64,000 bases of DNA from Paragordius varius. Taxonomy: Eukaryota > Animalia > Nematomorpha. The stretch is taken from the NCBI GenBank assembly GCA_964247055.1, contig OZ176055.1:8122001-8186000 (forward strand). Direction: 5' to 3'. The notes beneath the pieces are model-generated. The model saw nothing but the letters and a program-made list of their open reading frames with translations, had not been told where the DNA came from and made no database searches. Position 1 is the first letter of the stretch. Each line of letters begins with the position of its first letter. The position numbers and the translations under genes are program-made. Positions 43,301 through 54,525 of the stretch are shown one piece after another.

Positions 43301-46300
43301 ATCAGAAAAATGCAGGATGAACGGCATAAGCTCTTTAATAAGTAAAAGGCTTTGTTTGAAAAAAACTTATAGTATACGGATTTTACTATCGAAGAATTAA
43401 TTAAAGTTTTCTATCAAAATTAATTTTTTTCATCTTACATGTAGTGCTGCAAAAGCACCCTACTTAGCCCGTTTCAAGGTCCAAAAATGTGGCATAAATG
43501 AATTGGAAAAACTTGCTATCGAATGTTCAGCCAGTGACATTGCTTTAAATTCATCTCACCAGCAACCAAGGAAAAGTTTTGATGATATAGACCTTTTAGC
43601 CCTACGGAAAGAACAATCTAAAAATACGACAGAAACAAACAATAATTTGATGACAATGTTAAATGATGGCCGAAGGCGTTCAAAATCTATTTCCTCTGAG
43701 AGTGGAAAAGACGACTTGGATGATATGGCTTCCAATGAATCTTTTTGTAACTTATTTTACAGTTTTTATGTGGATGTTGGATTTTTTGTGATTTAGCAAT
43801 AGCTAAAAATTATAAGTAAAAAATAATATCCTAATAAAAATATCGTTGTTGGGCTATGGTGGCATTCTTCAGTAAATAAGTGATCATATTAGCTTTTTAA
43901 TAAGTGTGCGATTGCGGCATCATTGAGGTTTAAATTGCAAGTAGTTAATTGATTTTGTTTTCAAAATATATTTATATACCCAGTCTTTAAAGGGTCGAAT
44001 ACTTTTCTTGTTGTTTTAGAGATATACTTAAGTATTTATTGGTGATTTTCTTGAGATAGTTGGTGCTTATGATTACTGAATCGTAGACGATTTTAAATTT
44101 TTGGAAAATGTATTTTTCAAAAATATTTTACAGGGAGTTAATTTTAATGTAATCTCAAATTTTTATATAAAATGTCATCTTATTATATGTTTTATTTCTA
44201 GCTAACGAAGATGAAGATGATATGGAAAAAGTAATTAGTATAGTTACCTATTTTACTATTTTCCAAATTTCAACAAATATTATATATACCATTTACAGTT
44301 TAAATTCACCCTTGAACAATTCAAATTCACCCTAAATAACAATTATGTGTTTTCAAACTAATATAACTAATTATTGATATAAATATATCTTTATGGCATA
44401 GTTTATTATTTTTTCAGTGTATTATTTTAATTTTTAAACAAAATTTTATTTGTAAAAAATATATTAAAATATAGGTAGGAATTTTTAATTTTACAAAACA
44501 CATAATTTATTTGAGGGTAAATCTGAATTGTTCAAGGGTGAATTTGAACTGTTTAAGGGTGAATTCAAATTGTTTAAGGGTAAATTTGATTTGTTCGAGG
44601 GTGAATTTGAATTGTTTAAGGGCGAATCTGAATTGTTCGGGGTGAATTTGAATTTTTAAAGGGTGATTTCGAATTGTTTGAGGGTGAATTTGAATTCTTA
44701 AAGGGTGAATTTGAATTGTAAATGGTATATCGAAAATTTTTTTAAATAAAATTGTACATTAACTTATTAGAGTTCACCCGTTAATACAAAAGGCAAAACT
44801 AATGTTAAATCTTCACGAAATGCACGACACAAAAAAGGTGGAGCATTTAAAAGTAATAAAAGACGCTCCCTACCTCCATTGTTACCGGCCTCGTCAGCTT
44901 TCCCAGTTTATTGGCAGGCTGCCATCTTTAAAGTTGGTGATGATGTTAGACAGGTTACGTTTTTTGCACACACAAATAATTAACGGTTTAGGGGGAAGGG
45001 GGGGGGTTTGTATAAATTTTTATTCACACTTCATTACATATGAAATTTTCTCCTATATATGTTAATAATACATTTTGCTAATTTTTTCTTCAAAGGGTAT
45101 TTATAATTGTAAGAAATATATACATCAAGTGTTTTGGGTTAAAATATGATTATTCAACATATTCAAAAGCATGTTTTATGTATACGTCTAAAACGAAAGA
45201 TTTTGAACCAATCAGCAGATTTTTAAGTCAGTATTTAATTTAAAAAATCAGGCCAAATTATAACTTAATTTTTAGCACAATATTTTAAATTAAAAACAAA
45301 TTAAAAATTATGTGGCATAAAGCGAGTATTATAAATTTTAAAGTGCGAGTTTCTAGGAGTTGGATAACTTTTTTGTAAACCTAAAATTTATAAGAAAGAG
45401 TACAAAAAACAATAATTTTTTACACTTCATATTATAGGGTGTCTTAACCTTGCAAATTATAACATTGTTGTTTAAGAGATTGCGTTTCCGTGGGTTTAAA
45501 CTTACTACATTTGTTTGTATTTTCACAAGGTGTTTCTAATATATTAACCAACATATATTTTAGGGAAATATAATACAAACTAATTTGATTTTCCTTATAT
45601 TTTAGCTCTAAAGTTAATATTTTCCTTCCCTTAAAAATTAAAATATAAAAGTCGCCTTATTATTTTTTCATAGGATATGTTAGCTTTGCAAATCATTACA
45701 CTATTTAAGAATGTTTGCGTTTCCGGGGCTTTAGACTTACTACATTTTTTTGAATCTTCATAAGGATGTTTTAATATTTAATCAACATATATTTTGGATA
45801 ATATAAAACAAATCTAATTTGTCCCTCACTATATTTTAACTCTAAAGAATCAAAATATCAATATTGCTTTATGAATATTATTTCTCATAGGATATGTTAG
45901 CTCTGCAAATCATAACACTATTTAAGAATGTTTGCGTTTCCGCTGGTCTTGACCTATTCCTTTACCCATACCGCGTAGTGGCCACCGATAGTGGGTCCGG
46001 GGTTATAGAATGCGTGCCAGACTCAAAAAGTCGAGATCAATTAGGTCGACAAACTGATATTGGTCTTTACGAATATTTCCTGAAAAAGTATGGGGATGAA
46101 TCCTCAGTTCCATATCAAAAGGTAGGTAAGGTTCAAAAAATGATTTTTTTACAATGAATTTAAAATTGTCCGTTTTTTGGTTTTATGTCATATAATTTTT
46201 TAGAGCAAAAATGTGGGTTTTGTTTTACAGTTATTGTAAAAAGTGATGAAAATGGAGTTTTTTGAAATCCTAATTGGGGAACAGGGTAAGGTTAAAGTTG

Positions 46301-48360
46301 AACGTTTGACTTGGTAACTTACCCAAAATTTTTCTTGTAGAAATTATTAAAACGTTGCAAATATCGGACTTAGATATAATATATTAAGATTATCGCCTGA
46401 TACAGGAAAAAGTACAAAATGTTTTAATCCATATATTGTGCAATTAATTTCAAACTTACCTATATCATTTATTTATTTTTATCTCCTTTGATTAAAAGTA
46501 TGATAAAATTTAAATTAATTGCTACAGTATTAATGATTTCAAAAAAATTTCGAACTTAACATATTTTTGTTTTATAGGCACGTCAAAATTTTATCAAAAG
46601 TATGGCCGGTTACAGCGTAATGTTATTCCTCCTTCAAATCAAGGATCGACATAATGGAAACATTATGATTGATTCTGCTGGGCATATTATCCATATTGGT
46701 GAGAGCTTTTTTATACACGTATAGTCTAGATAAAATGTTTTTTACTTAAACAATGTTGCATATTGAATGTTAATTGGAAATAATTTATTTAAATACAATT
46801 ACAATTTTTCCAAATATTTATGACAAAGTTTTTATCGTTGTTTCCCAAAAAGACGAAATTTAAACAAACAAAAAACTACTTTAATAATTGGGACACGCAT
46901 ATACTCATAAAATGTAAGATGTTTTTCTTTGATAAATCGGCAGTATATGCTTTAATATAAACAAGTATCGAAATGGCTGCTAAATCTTAAAAAGTATATA
47001 TTAAAATTAATTTGACTTTTTGGTAATAATATAAAGGTGAAAACTTTTTGGACGGTATTTTAATAAATTTCATATTTTTTACGTGGCAAATAAATTTAAT
47101 TATTAATGCGGTTTACATTCTATCAAAAGCATGATTATTTGAAAAAAAAGAAATATGCGATTTATGGGCACAATAATTTAGTTTTTGCAAAATAATAATT
47201 GAAGATTTTTTGAAAAGATAAATATATTAACTCCTAAAAGTTAGTTTGATGAAAAATGGCGATTCTATATAATTTATTCATATTGTAGATTTCGGTTTTT
47301 TGTTCGAAAGCTCACCCGGTGGAAATTTAGGTTTTGAACCGGACATAAAATTAACCGATGAAATGGTTATGATTATGGGCGGAAAAATGGAGGCTAACGG
47401 ATTTCAATGGTTCACGGAATTGTGTGTAAAAGGATATTTAGCATTAAGGTAAAACGCGGTTTAATGAAATTTTTTAAAATTTTAAACAATAAGAGATTAT
47501 TGCTCAACATTGTGAGTAAATCTACATTGCTGGATTTTACAGTTAAAAAATGCCATAATGTTTACAGTTAATAGAATAAATGGTAAATTTATAAAGAGAA
47601 AAGTATATTGTCAATGAGACTATATATTTCAAAACTCTAAATTTTAAAAGGCAATATTTAATTCAAAACAATGTATTTTTAAACATATTGTTGTTGCAAA
47701 ATCTGACAGTTTCACCTAATTACTACCGTGATGTTTGCCGTCAACATTAAGTTTTTATTTAACATTTATTTAAAAAAAGACGTTTTAAAACAATCCATAT
47801 GGAAAAATTTAATGGCTTGAAATATTGAGCCAATTTTAAAAATGACGACCAAATTTACCATAATTATTGCGAAAACATCTACCCCGCAAAATTCTCAGAG
47901 GCTGAAACCAAAATGGGTCTCATAAAAATTAGGAAAATAGACAAGTTTTGCGTTTTTTGTTAAAAATTATAATTGGATATTTCAAATTTCAAAAAAATCC
48001 ATATTATAATTTTAATATAATCCATGTTTTATAAATTAAATATTGTCAATAATACAATAAGAAATATTTATATAAACCGACATTCGCTTTGAAAATACGC
48101 TTTCTATGTTATGGTATTAAATTTAAATATCTAGGCCATATGAAGAGGATATCGTCACGTTAGTGTCACTCATGTTGGACACTCGATTCCCATGTTTTAG
48201 GGGACAAACTATAAAGCTTTTACGATCCAGATTTTCAGCGAATTTTTCGGAAAAGGAAGCAGCCCAATTTATGATTGGAGTAATACATAGATCATATTTA
48301 AATTATCGCACACGTGCTTACGATTTATTGCAATATTATCAAAATCAAATTCCATATTAA
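16336..48360 (+). CDS. PI4KA: Phosphatidylinositol 4-kinase alpha (PI4KIIIalpha), ~52 exons
   Basis: Hand-spliced exons: 16336-16413, 16440-16562, 16591-16770, 16799-16883, 16911-17084, 17273-17514, 18008-18073, 18441-18534, 18831-19208, 19643-19743, 19841-19957, 20395-20573, 20849-20944, 21847-21957, 22492-22594, 23003-23118, 23268-23404, 23682-23764, 24116-24377, 25257-25576, 26148-26278, 27055-27160, 27269-27402, 27634-27759, 28214-28448, 29370-29490, 30342-30437, 30775-30872, 31191-31298, 32271-32418, 32875-33002, 33913-34083, 34493-34644, 35012-35169, 35502-35605, 35944-36032, 36372-36473, 37003-37136, 37400-37443, 37506-37622, 38347-38528, 39341-39608, 41764-41938, 42197-42300, 42650-42819, 43445-43746, 44202-44230, 44771-44953, 45891-46121, 46578-46698, 47289-47448, 48135-48360. 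Motifs: [66 protein letters not shown]-terminus QYYQNQIPY*. Confidence 0.95.
18106..18370. mobile_element. MITE family A copy (TATACCATTT termini, 20-21-bp subterminal repeats)
   Basis: TATACCATTT... and ...GGGTGAATTTGAATTG...AAATGGTAT, with an interior shared with other copies. Confidence 0.7.
21405..21680. mobile_element. MITE family A, partial copy
   Basis: AACAATTCAAATTCACCCT ... GGGTGAATTT repeats ... TGTAAATGGTATA. Confidence 0.7.
24392..24843. mobile_element. MITE family A copy with expanded left repeat array
   Basis: TATACCATTTACA followed by about 9 units of (GAACAATTCAAATTCACCCTT)-like sequence. The right end is GGGTGAATTTGAACTGTAAATGGTATA. Confidence 0.85.
26504..26881. mobile_element. 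MITE family A copy
   Basis: TATACCATTTACAGTTCAAATTCACCC ... GGGTGAATTTGAACTGTAAATGGTATA. Confidence 0.85.
28405..28715 (+). repeat. ~137-bp tandem duplication (2 full + 1 partial units) spanning a PI4KA exon end and donor
   Basis: AAACTATGT...AAATCWTTATATATGGTATACTACCTTTTT occurs at ~28405 and ~28541, with a partial unit at ~28682. Confidence 0.75.
29068..29338. mobile_element. MITE family A, degraded copy
   Basis: TATACCATTTAAAATTCAAATTCAC..., family interior, and a remnant GGGTGAATTTT. Confidence 0.65.
30010..30332. mobile_element. MITE family A copy
   Basis: TATACCATTTACAGTTTAAATTCACCC ... GAATTATAAACGGTATA, ending <10 bp from the acceptor at 30341. Confidence 0.8.
31377..31533. repeat. 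Palindromic MITE-like element, related copy at ~37905-38055
   Basis: GTTGTTGCTTATTTCACATTATAGTAGGACAATTTGCAACAC ... GTGTTGCAAATCGCCCTACTATAGTTTGAAATAAGTAACAAC. Confidence 0.7.
33237..33875. mobile_element. MITE family A2: same TATACCATTT termini as family A but a different 21-bp subterminal repeat
   Basis: TATACCATTTGCA...(GGTCCTTGAACACTTCAAGTT)n ... (AACTTGAAGTGTTCAAGGACC)n...TGCAAATGGTATA. Confidence 0.8.
36642..36982. mobile_element. MITE family A copy
   Basis: TATACCATTTACAGTTTAAATTTACCC and a right-hand GGGTGAATTT repeat array ending ~20 bp from the acceptor at 37002. Confidence 0.8.
39498..41445 (+). repeat. Tandem array (~235-bp period, ~9 units) of the last 111 nt of PI4KA exon 39341-39608 plus its splice donor
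   Basis: Coding-like units start at 39498 (true exon), 39723, 39958, 40198, 40436 and 40670. Degenerate units lie at ~40905, ~41090 and ~41323. Each intact unit ends CCG/CTG-GT(G/T)AG. Confidence 0.95.
44285..44729. mobile_element. MITE family A copy with expanded right repeat array
   Basis: TATACCATTTACAGTTTAAATTCACCC ... about 9 GGGTGAATTTGAATTGTT units ... TGTAAATGGTATA. Confidence 0.85.
45430..45945 (+). repeat. Tandem triplication (~220-235 bp) of a PI4KA intron end, acceptor and catalytic-domain exon start
   Basis: CATAG|GATATGTTAGCT(T/C)TGCAAATCAT(T/A)ACACTATTTAAGAATGTTTGCGTTTCCG occurs at 45674 and 45891. A decayed unit lies at ~45439. Confidence 0.85.
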
Positions 48361-48471
48361 TAGAATAAATTATTTATCCCTATATGCATATGTCTAAGGT
48401 ATTCTAGTTTCTTTAATAGTAGTAGTTCTGTATTCTATCCCACATAATTTCAATACATTCCAACCTATATA

Positions 48472-48672
48472 TTAATAAGCCATACTGGTAACGAAACAGA
48501 AAACAGCAAACGATACTTTCAAAAAATTGGCATTAAATCTGACCTTCCCAGTTTCGGCTATACGTGTATTTAAATCTGCTTGAGCACGTTTTAAAAATAA
48601 CTTTTGCGCCCCTGTGATGTCCTTGCGATCTCGAAAGAATCGATTACTGTCGATTTCGATTCGCTTAGACAT
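48472..48672 (-). CDS. Small membrane protein, possibly cytochrome c oxidase assembly factor 3 (COA3/CCDC56)-like; 3' end uncertain
   Basis: ATG-initiated 66-aa ORF: a helix AQKLFLKRAQADLNTRIAE, then hydrophobic VSFAVFCFVTSMAY. This resembles the COA3 pattern (AQ..F.K...N..R.. then TM) from memory. The expected acidic tail after the TM is missing. Confidence 0.45.
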   Translation of the reverse strand: MSKRIEIDSNRFFRDRKDITGAQKLFLKRAQADLNTRIAETGKVRFNANFLKVSFAVFCFVTSMAY

Positions 48673-50248
48673 GCGATGAAGTATTCAGCAGATGGTCATA
48701 AATATTTTTTCCTGTTCGTCTTTTAATTATATTTATTATATGGCAAAACATTAGATTTGAATTAATGATATATTATACGTTTTCTTAAACAATTCTTAAT
48801 TTAAAAATTAAAATTTATAGGGTGAATTCTATAATAGATCTTCATTGATAAAATGAGGTATTTTAACTAGAGGGCTTGGAACAAAGCAAATTAGGAATTA
48901 TCGCATTATTATAAATAGTTTCATTACAGTTTATATGTATCACAAAGCCTCTGTCAGATTAGGGTGCCATCAGTTATGCGCTTAATATAATTTTCAAATT
49001 TTTGATAAGAATCAAATAAATACGCTTCCCAATTACAATTTTTTGTATAGCTTTATGCTTAAAAATACTTTATGTTAATTTAATTTGTATATCATTAAGT
49101 AAACCTACGCTTGATTATGAGATAAATTATAATAAAATGTATAAATGTTATGTTACTTTTTAGAATTATCTTAGATTAAATGATGAGTATTTTAAAAAAA
49201 AATTCCTTAAAATCCTATAATGTACTTACTCTGCTTCAAAATCGGGGAGTCTAAAAAATATTCTGATGAAATATGTATATTCTGATAAAAAATGTGTCAA
49301 GATCATCATGGTGCTTTAGTTTTTTCCCTTAATATTATAAGAATAGACTTTTGTGGTAACTTATCCATAGCAGAATATGGTAATTGACCACACTTTGAAT
49401 GGTTTATTCCAACAAATATCATTAATATATATCATAAACATATAAAAACATTTTTAGTTTTCTAAATTGGACTAACACTCTCAAAATAAGCATCAATAGG
49501 TCGAGCTTGCTTGTTAAATACTAAATTATGTCATCAAAAATTCCGAAAAAATGAATGTTTTGAATATAAATTTGATTTATAGGGGAATTTTATTGATTAA
49601 TTGAGCTAGTTTAAGGCATTAATCGCTATAGGATATTTAAATAATCACTTTTTCTCGATAATTTGATGTAAACATTTTGATCACCTTAAAATTGTGATTT
49701 AAAGATTCGTTTGCAATCACATATTGATGAATAATTTAAAAAAAAACAATTTATTTATTAATTTTAAAAATATTTTAATCAAAATTCTGAGTTAAAATTT
49801 ATTTAATATTAAGTACTTCGTTTTAAATAATATGTTTGTAAAATATAACTTATTTTCGACACGTAAATAGTATAATATATATATATATACACCAAAATTC
49901 ATTTAAAAACGTCTCATAAAAAATAAATAAAAATTGCCTACGGTTTCGAACACTCTAAAAGATGTCCGTCCTCAGCGTTAAAAAATATAAATGGATATGG
50001 ATAAAATGGTTCTTCTTTATATGCAATTTTGAAAATGTTTATTGTTGTTTTTTTCTTGTAAATAATAAGTTTAAACCTTATGTCAAAAAATCTAGATAAA
50101 AATATATTTTGATAGAAAATCATTATTTTTATGCTGACTTTAGTTTTTGGTTTTAAACGTCCATATAACATCGTTTTTATGATAACAATCCAAATTGCAA
50201 AATCTTATCTCACATTATGCTAAAAAACATTTAAAAGATTTATATTAA

Positions 50249-50826
50249 TTAACACTTGGACACAACTCATTTATTTCAGTCCTTCGGTTCAAATTGGGGT
50301 AGTTGGATACCCCATGCCTGTTTAAAATTAAATACTTTAAAAAATATGGAACAAATAGAAACCATGGCAAAATTTACAACATTAATAAACCAGAGTTAAT
50401 AAAATATTTTATTTAAATATATTTGATATTTTTTTTAATGTAAAACCCAATGGTAAAAATTTAGTTAACGTAACATATGTGCGTTTTCTAAATTGAAAAA
50501 AAATACAAAAGTAAACCACTTTTTGTATTTCAATCAATGTTAGATGTAATATAAATATAAAATATTAGCTTTAATTTTAACGTTAGATTCAAGCAAAACG
50601 ATATTTTGCATAATTTTAGCAGATAAAAAATGGCGTCCAAGTAGTTTGACATGGAACTTTTTTTTCAAAACGAAATTTTGTTTAGATATTTTGGCTTTTT
50701 TATATAATTTTTATTAGGATAGACGCATAAATTTAAATTGGGACTGCTTCCTTCAGTAGTTTTTTAGATATTTAATTTCAATTTAGTCTAGGGTATTTAG
50801 ATACCCCAATTTGAATTGAAGTGTTA
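50249..50826 (+). mobile_element. piggyBac-like MITE (family B), copy 3
   Basis: TTAA-CACTTGGACACAAC..spacer..CTTCGGTTCAAATTGGGGTA ... TACCCCAATTTGAATTGAAGTG-TTAG. Confidence 0.8.
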
Positions 50827-51607
50827 GGATGAATAAGCAATTAATACCACAAAAATATTTTAAATTATCACAGAAAAAAAAGCTCCACTTATGTTTTTAT
50901 AAAAAAATGTTGGTAGCCAAATAAATATCTTTATTTTACAGCTACAAGAGGCATTTAGCTGTAATTTGCGTAGCGCTTAAAATCTCGCTGATTTGCTTAA
51001 AATGTGCTTACGTGACAAATGGCTAGAAATATTTGTCGATATTATATGGTGCAAGGCTTTGAGACACAATAATTTTTTATTCGGCCCCTTAATTAATAAA
51101 TACCACTTTTTTAACATATTACAAAAACGGTTTTTCTTCATAGAAACTGCATCAAGATTAAAATATAACAGGTAACCGTAAAGAAAGAGAACAAATATGT
51201 TGAAAAGACAACATACTTTTCTTACCTAATTTTATTAATGTAGTCTGTTGTTTCATTCTAGATTTTTTAAAGTTATTCTGAATTATTTACATAAGTTCTG
51301 CTGAATATAACTGTATTTTTGAATTTACAAAACTTCATGATTTTTTTAAATATGAATATAAATTAAAATAATTGGGTTTTATAAACTAGATATGCTACAA
51401 TGCGTTATTCGCTATTTAACTTGTCAAACTGACTTGATTCTTATTGGTAAACCCAAGTGTTTATAATTCCATCTACATTTATATGCCATTTTTAAATTAG
51501 GCTCTAAGTTGAGCACCCATAAATGGTCAGCAAGTTTTTTCAAATTTTTATTAATGAAAGTTGCGCAATATAAAATATAACATAAACATTAAAATGCTAA
51601 AGTAAAT

Positions 51608-51788
51608 TACAGTGTGAGTAAGTATATTTGCTAGTATTGAAAATGGCATATACAGCAAAGGGCAGTATTGAAGGCATATAAGTCATTTTTTTAGTTTATA
51701 TTATTATTAGCCAATAATTCTCTTTGCTGCATATGCTATTTGGCAATAATTACTGAAAAACTGGCAATGTACACTTACTCATACTGTA
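51608..51788. repeat. Palindromic MITE-like element (TACAGT termini), related to ~37682-37838
   Basis: TACAGTGTGAGTAAGTATA ... TACACTTACTCATACTGTA, with internal AAAGGGCAGTATT shared with the 37.7-kb copy. Confidence 0.55.
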
Positions 51789-52544
51789 TAAAATCGTATT
51801 TACAAATAGTACTAAATACAGTATGTACACATTTATATTGGCCAATTCGCATTATGTTTGGACTTGTTAATACAGTAGAATATAGGAATATATTACACAA
51901 ATTGTTGATATTAAACAAATTTTTCCTATAATGAAACATTAAATATCTTTATTTAATTATGGATTGTTTTTTACAAATTTTTTTCCCACAATTTTTCGTA
52001 TAAAAAATATTTTCATTTTGACTAACACAATGAAGTGCAGAAGACAGCTAAAATATTATTATAATTTATAACTGAAGCACTGTTTTGTATTTAAAAGACT
52101 CTATCCAAATAATTAAAGATCAGATGTTTGGCGAATTTTGGGTGGCAATATTTGTCTTATATGGCCTCTGACCCTAAAATATAAATTCAAAACGTTTATT
52201 ATTCCTACTAACTTAGTATTTGAGTCTCCCAAAAACGTACAAACGGACCCCAAAATTAGACTATTATATACATTAGACCGAATGTCCTAAAGAGCTTTTC
52301 CAAAAAACAGAGCCTAAAAACCTGGAGTGTCCTGCTTACGAAAAGTACAAAAAATACCAAATTTTGTAATTTAAAAAATGGAATTATCAAAGTAAAATTT
52401 ATATTGGTTAAATAATTTTCTGAAGACGTTTTTCTGAATTGCGCCAATGAATTAGCAAAATTGTTAAAAATAAATAAGAGCTATATAGCGTTCATAATTT
52501 TTTAGTCTTATGTTTGGAACCCATTAAAATATTTATAATGCCCA

Positions 52545-52615
52545 TATATTTCGAATGCCGCACGCCGGATTTTTTAAGTCGAAAACGCGACCCACGATGC
52601 CATTTGAGTTAAGAT
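52545..52615. repeat. Dispersed repeat core (CGAATGCCGCACG...AAAAYGCGAC), also at ~11712-11765 and ~60872-60925
   Basis: Three similar GC-richer cores sit in AT-rich DNA. They are probably remnants of one decayed DNA transposon family. Confidence 0.5.
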
Positions 52616-54010
52616 CCACTCTATAAACAAATTAGCTTATGTTGATTATCATCTTTTTATCCAATTTTTAAACAAGGCCCTAATTTTCAAGTTAAAATAA
52701 TTTAAATACACTTCTCACAAACTTATTAGTTTGGTGTTATAGGATTTGCATAACCTTGTCAACAAATTTTTCTCACACGAGTTTTTTTGCATTTTCTGAT
52801 ATTTACTATCATTTTATCAGAAGATCTGAAAAAAATGATGATCACACCAAGAACTATGTATTTTTTGATTATATATGATTATGCGTCCTCTTTATAAAAA
52901 TTTTAGTAAAAATGTTGCTTTTAAAATGTACAAAAATGCCCATTTGTGATATATCATTCGCGAGACTAATAAAAACTCTATAAAATGCATACTAAGTTTT
53001 ACATCGATAATTATTATTGTACATAGGAAGGGACTAACCCGCGAAGCAAGAGCGTTTTTCTTAATATATTTTTAAAACTAAATGAAATTAGCTAATACTT
53101 TATGTATATGGCAATGAATCCCCAAAAAAGATAACACAAGAAAGTGTTTTTGATTAAAACACTTATTTATTGCTTTTATGTCATTCCAAAAAGCCATTTG
53201 TAATTTTATATTTTTTGAAAATATACCATCATATTAATATTATTTTCTTTAAAGAGCTTTTACTTTCACAATTCAAAAGACTACTAATATAGTTTAAGGT
53301 ATTCTTGATCTGTTATAGCCATAATGTAATAAATTTGCAGTTATAACTATGCATTTTACTACGCACTAGGTAAAATAATTTTGATAAAGTTAATTTTCAT
53401 TAAAAAAACCAAACCAAAAGCTTTTTTAAAGATTTTTTTTAAAATTTATACTAATAAAGCCCTAATAATTATATTAAAATAATTTAATGATTTTTAAATT
53501 AGTTAGTCTGTTAAATTTTGACTTATTTAAGGGCTGAAAATTTTGACCATATAAAGCCAAATAACTTTTACATCAGTTCGATTTAAAAAAATAACTACCA
53601 TTCTAAAGATACAGTTTTTGAGCTCTTTCGAATGATATAAAATGGCCCTATATTTAAAACTTTTGATTTTGAAAATTTCGAGTTGAATGTAAATCGGAGC
53701 CATTATTATCGATAAACCCTAATAAAAAAAAATTCTTAGGTGCTGGACAAATTTCCTTTTCAGATATATTATTTATGTAATTTAATGAAATAAAATTTAA
53801 ATATACAAGAATGGCAGTAAAAAAAGTCAAAATTTGTCGACTAGTGTAATGAATGAGCCAAAAGTTATAAAAAACAAATCTAATTTTCTTTCTAATACGC
53901 GTGAAATATAATTAATTATATTTTATCTTTTGTTAAATAAATCATATAATGAATTGAATCATATATTTTCTTAATATGATTAACGAATTCGAATAAACTA
54001 ATCTTTAGAC

Positions 54011-54285
54011 CAGGGGTGGCCAACATACGGCCCTCTTAAGCTTTGTGTGCGGCTAGCGAAAAATTTGGAATCTATAATTTGCTAAAACATGCTTTTGCAT
54101 CTTAGTAAAATTGAATGATCTTAGACCATTTTCGCCAAATAAATATGTCCAAATAGCAAGAAGGAGAAAAAATTGTTACATGCCGTTTTCATTTTACAAT
54201 CTTATGTTTAAAATCTATAAATTATTTATGAATGCCCATATATATTTTAAAAGCAGCCCGCGAGGCCATTCGGTTAGACACCCTG
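54011..54285. mobile_element. hAT (Buster/Charlie-like) MITE remnant
   Basis: CAGGGGTGGCCAACATACGGCCC ... GCCCGCGAGGCCATTCGGTTAGACACCCTG termini. The flanking 8-mers CTTTAGAC / TTCTGGAC are only a degenerate TSD. Confidence 0.65.
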
Positions 54286-54525
54286 TTCTGGACCTAACCA
54301 TGGTAAAATAAAAAAAAATTATGCATAACTTTATAGACAAAATAATTTCCAAATGCAATTTATTCAAAACCTATTAACTATAAAGGTATAAACAAATCAT
54401 GATAAAAGTTTTTTTTGAAACAATCAAGCCTTTGTAAAACCATTAATTCGCATTTTGGAAATTATGGTTTACATTATACAAATTTTCTTTGGATGAAATG
54501 CACATTTATTTATTTTTTGACATGC

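Noticed and set aside
49262-49290. CTGATGA as a third hammerhead
   Set aside because: It has no stem II, no correctly placed GAAA and no stem I. Other CTGATGA hits lie in coding exons or the LINE.
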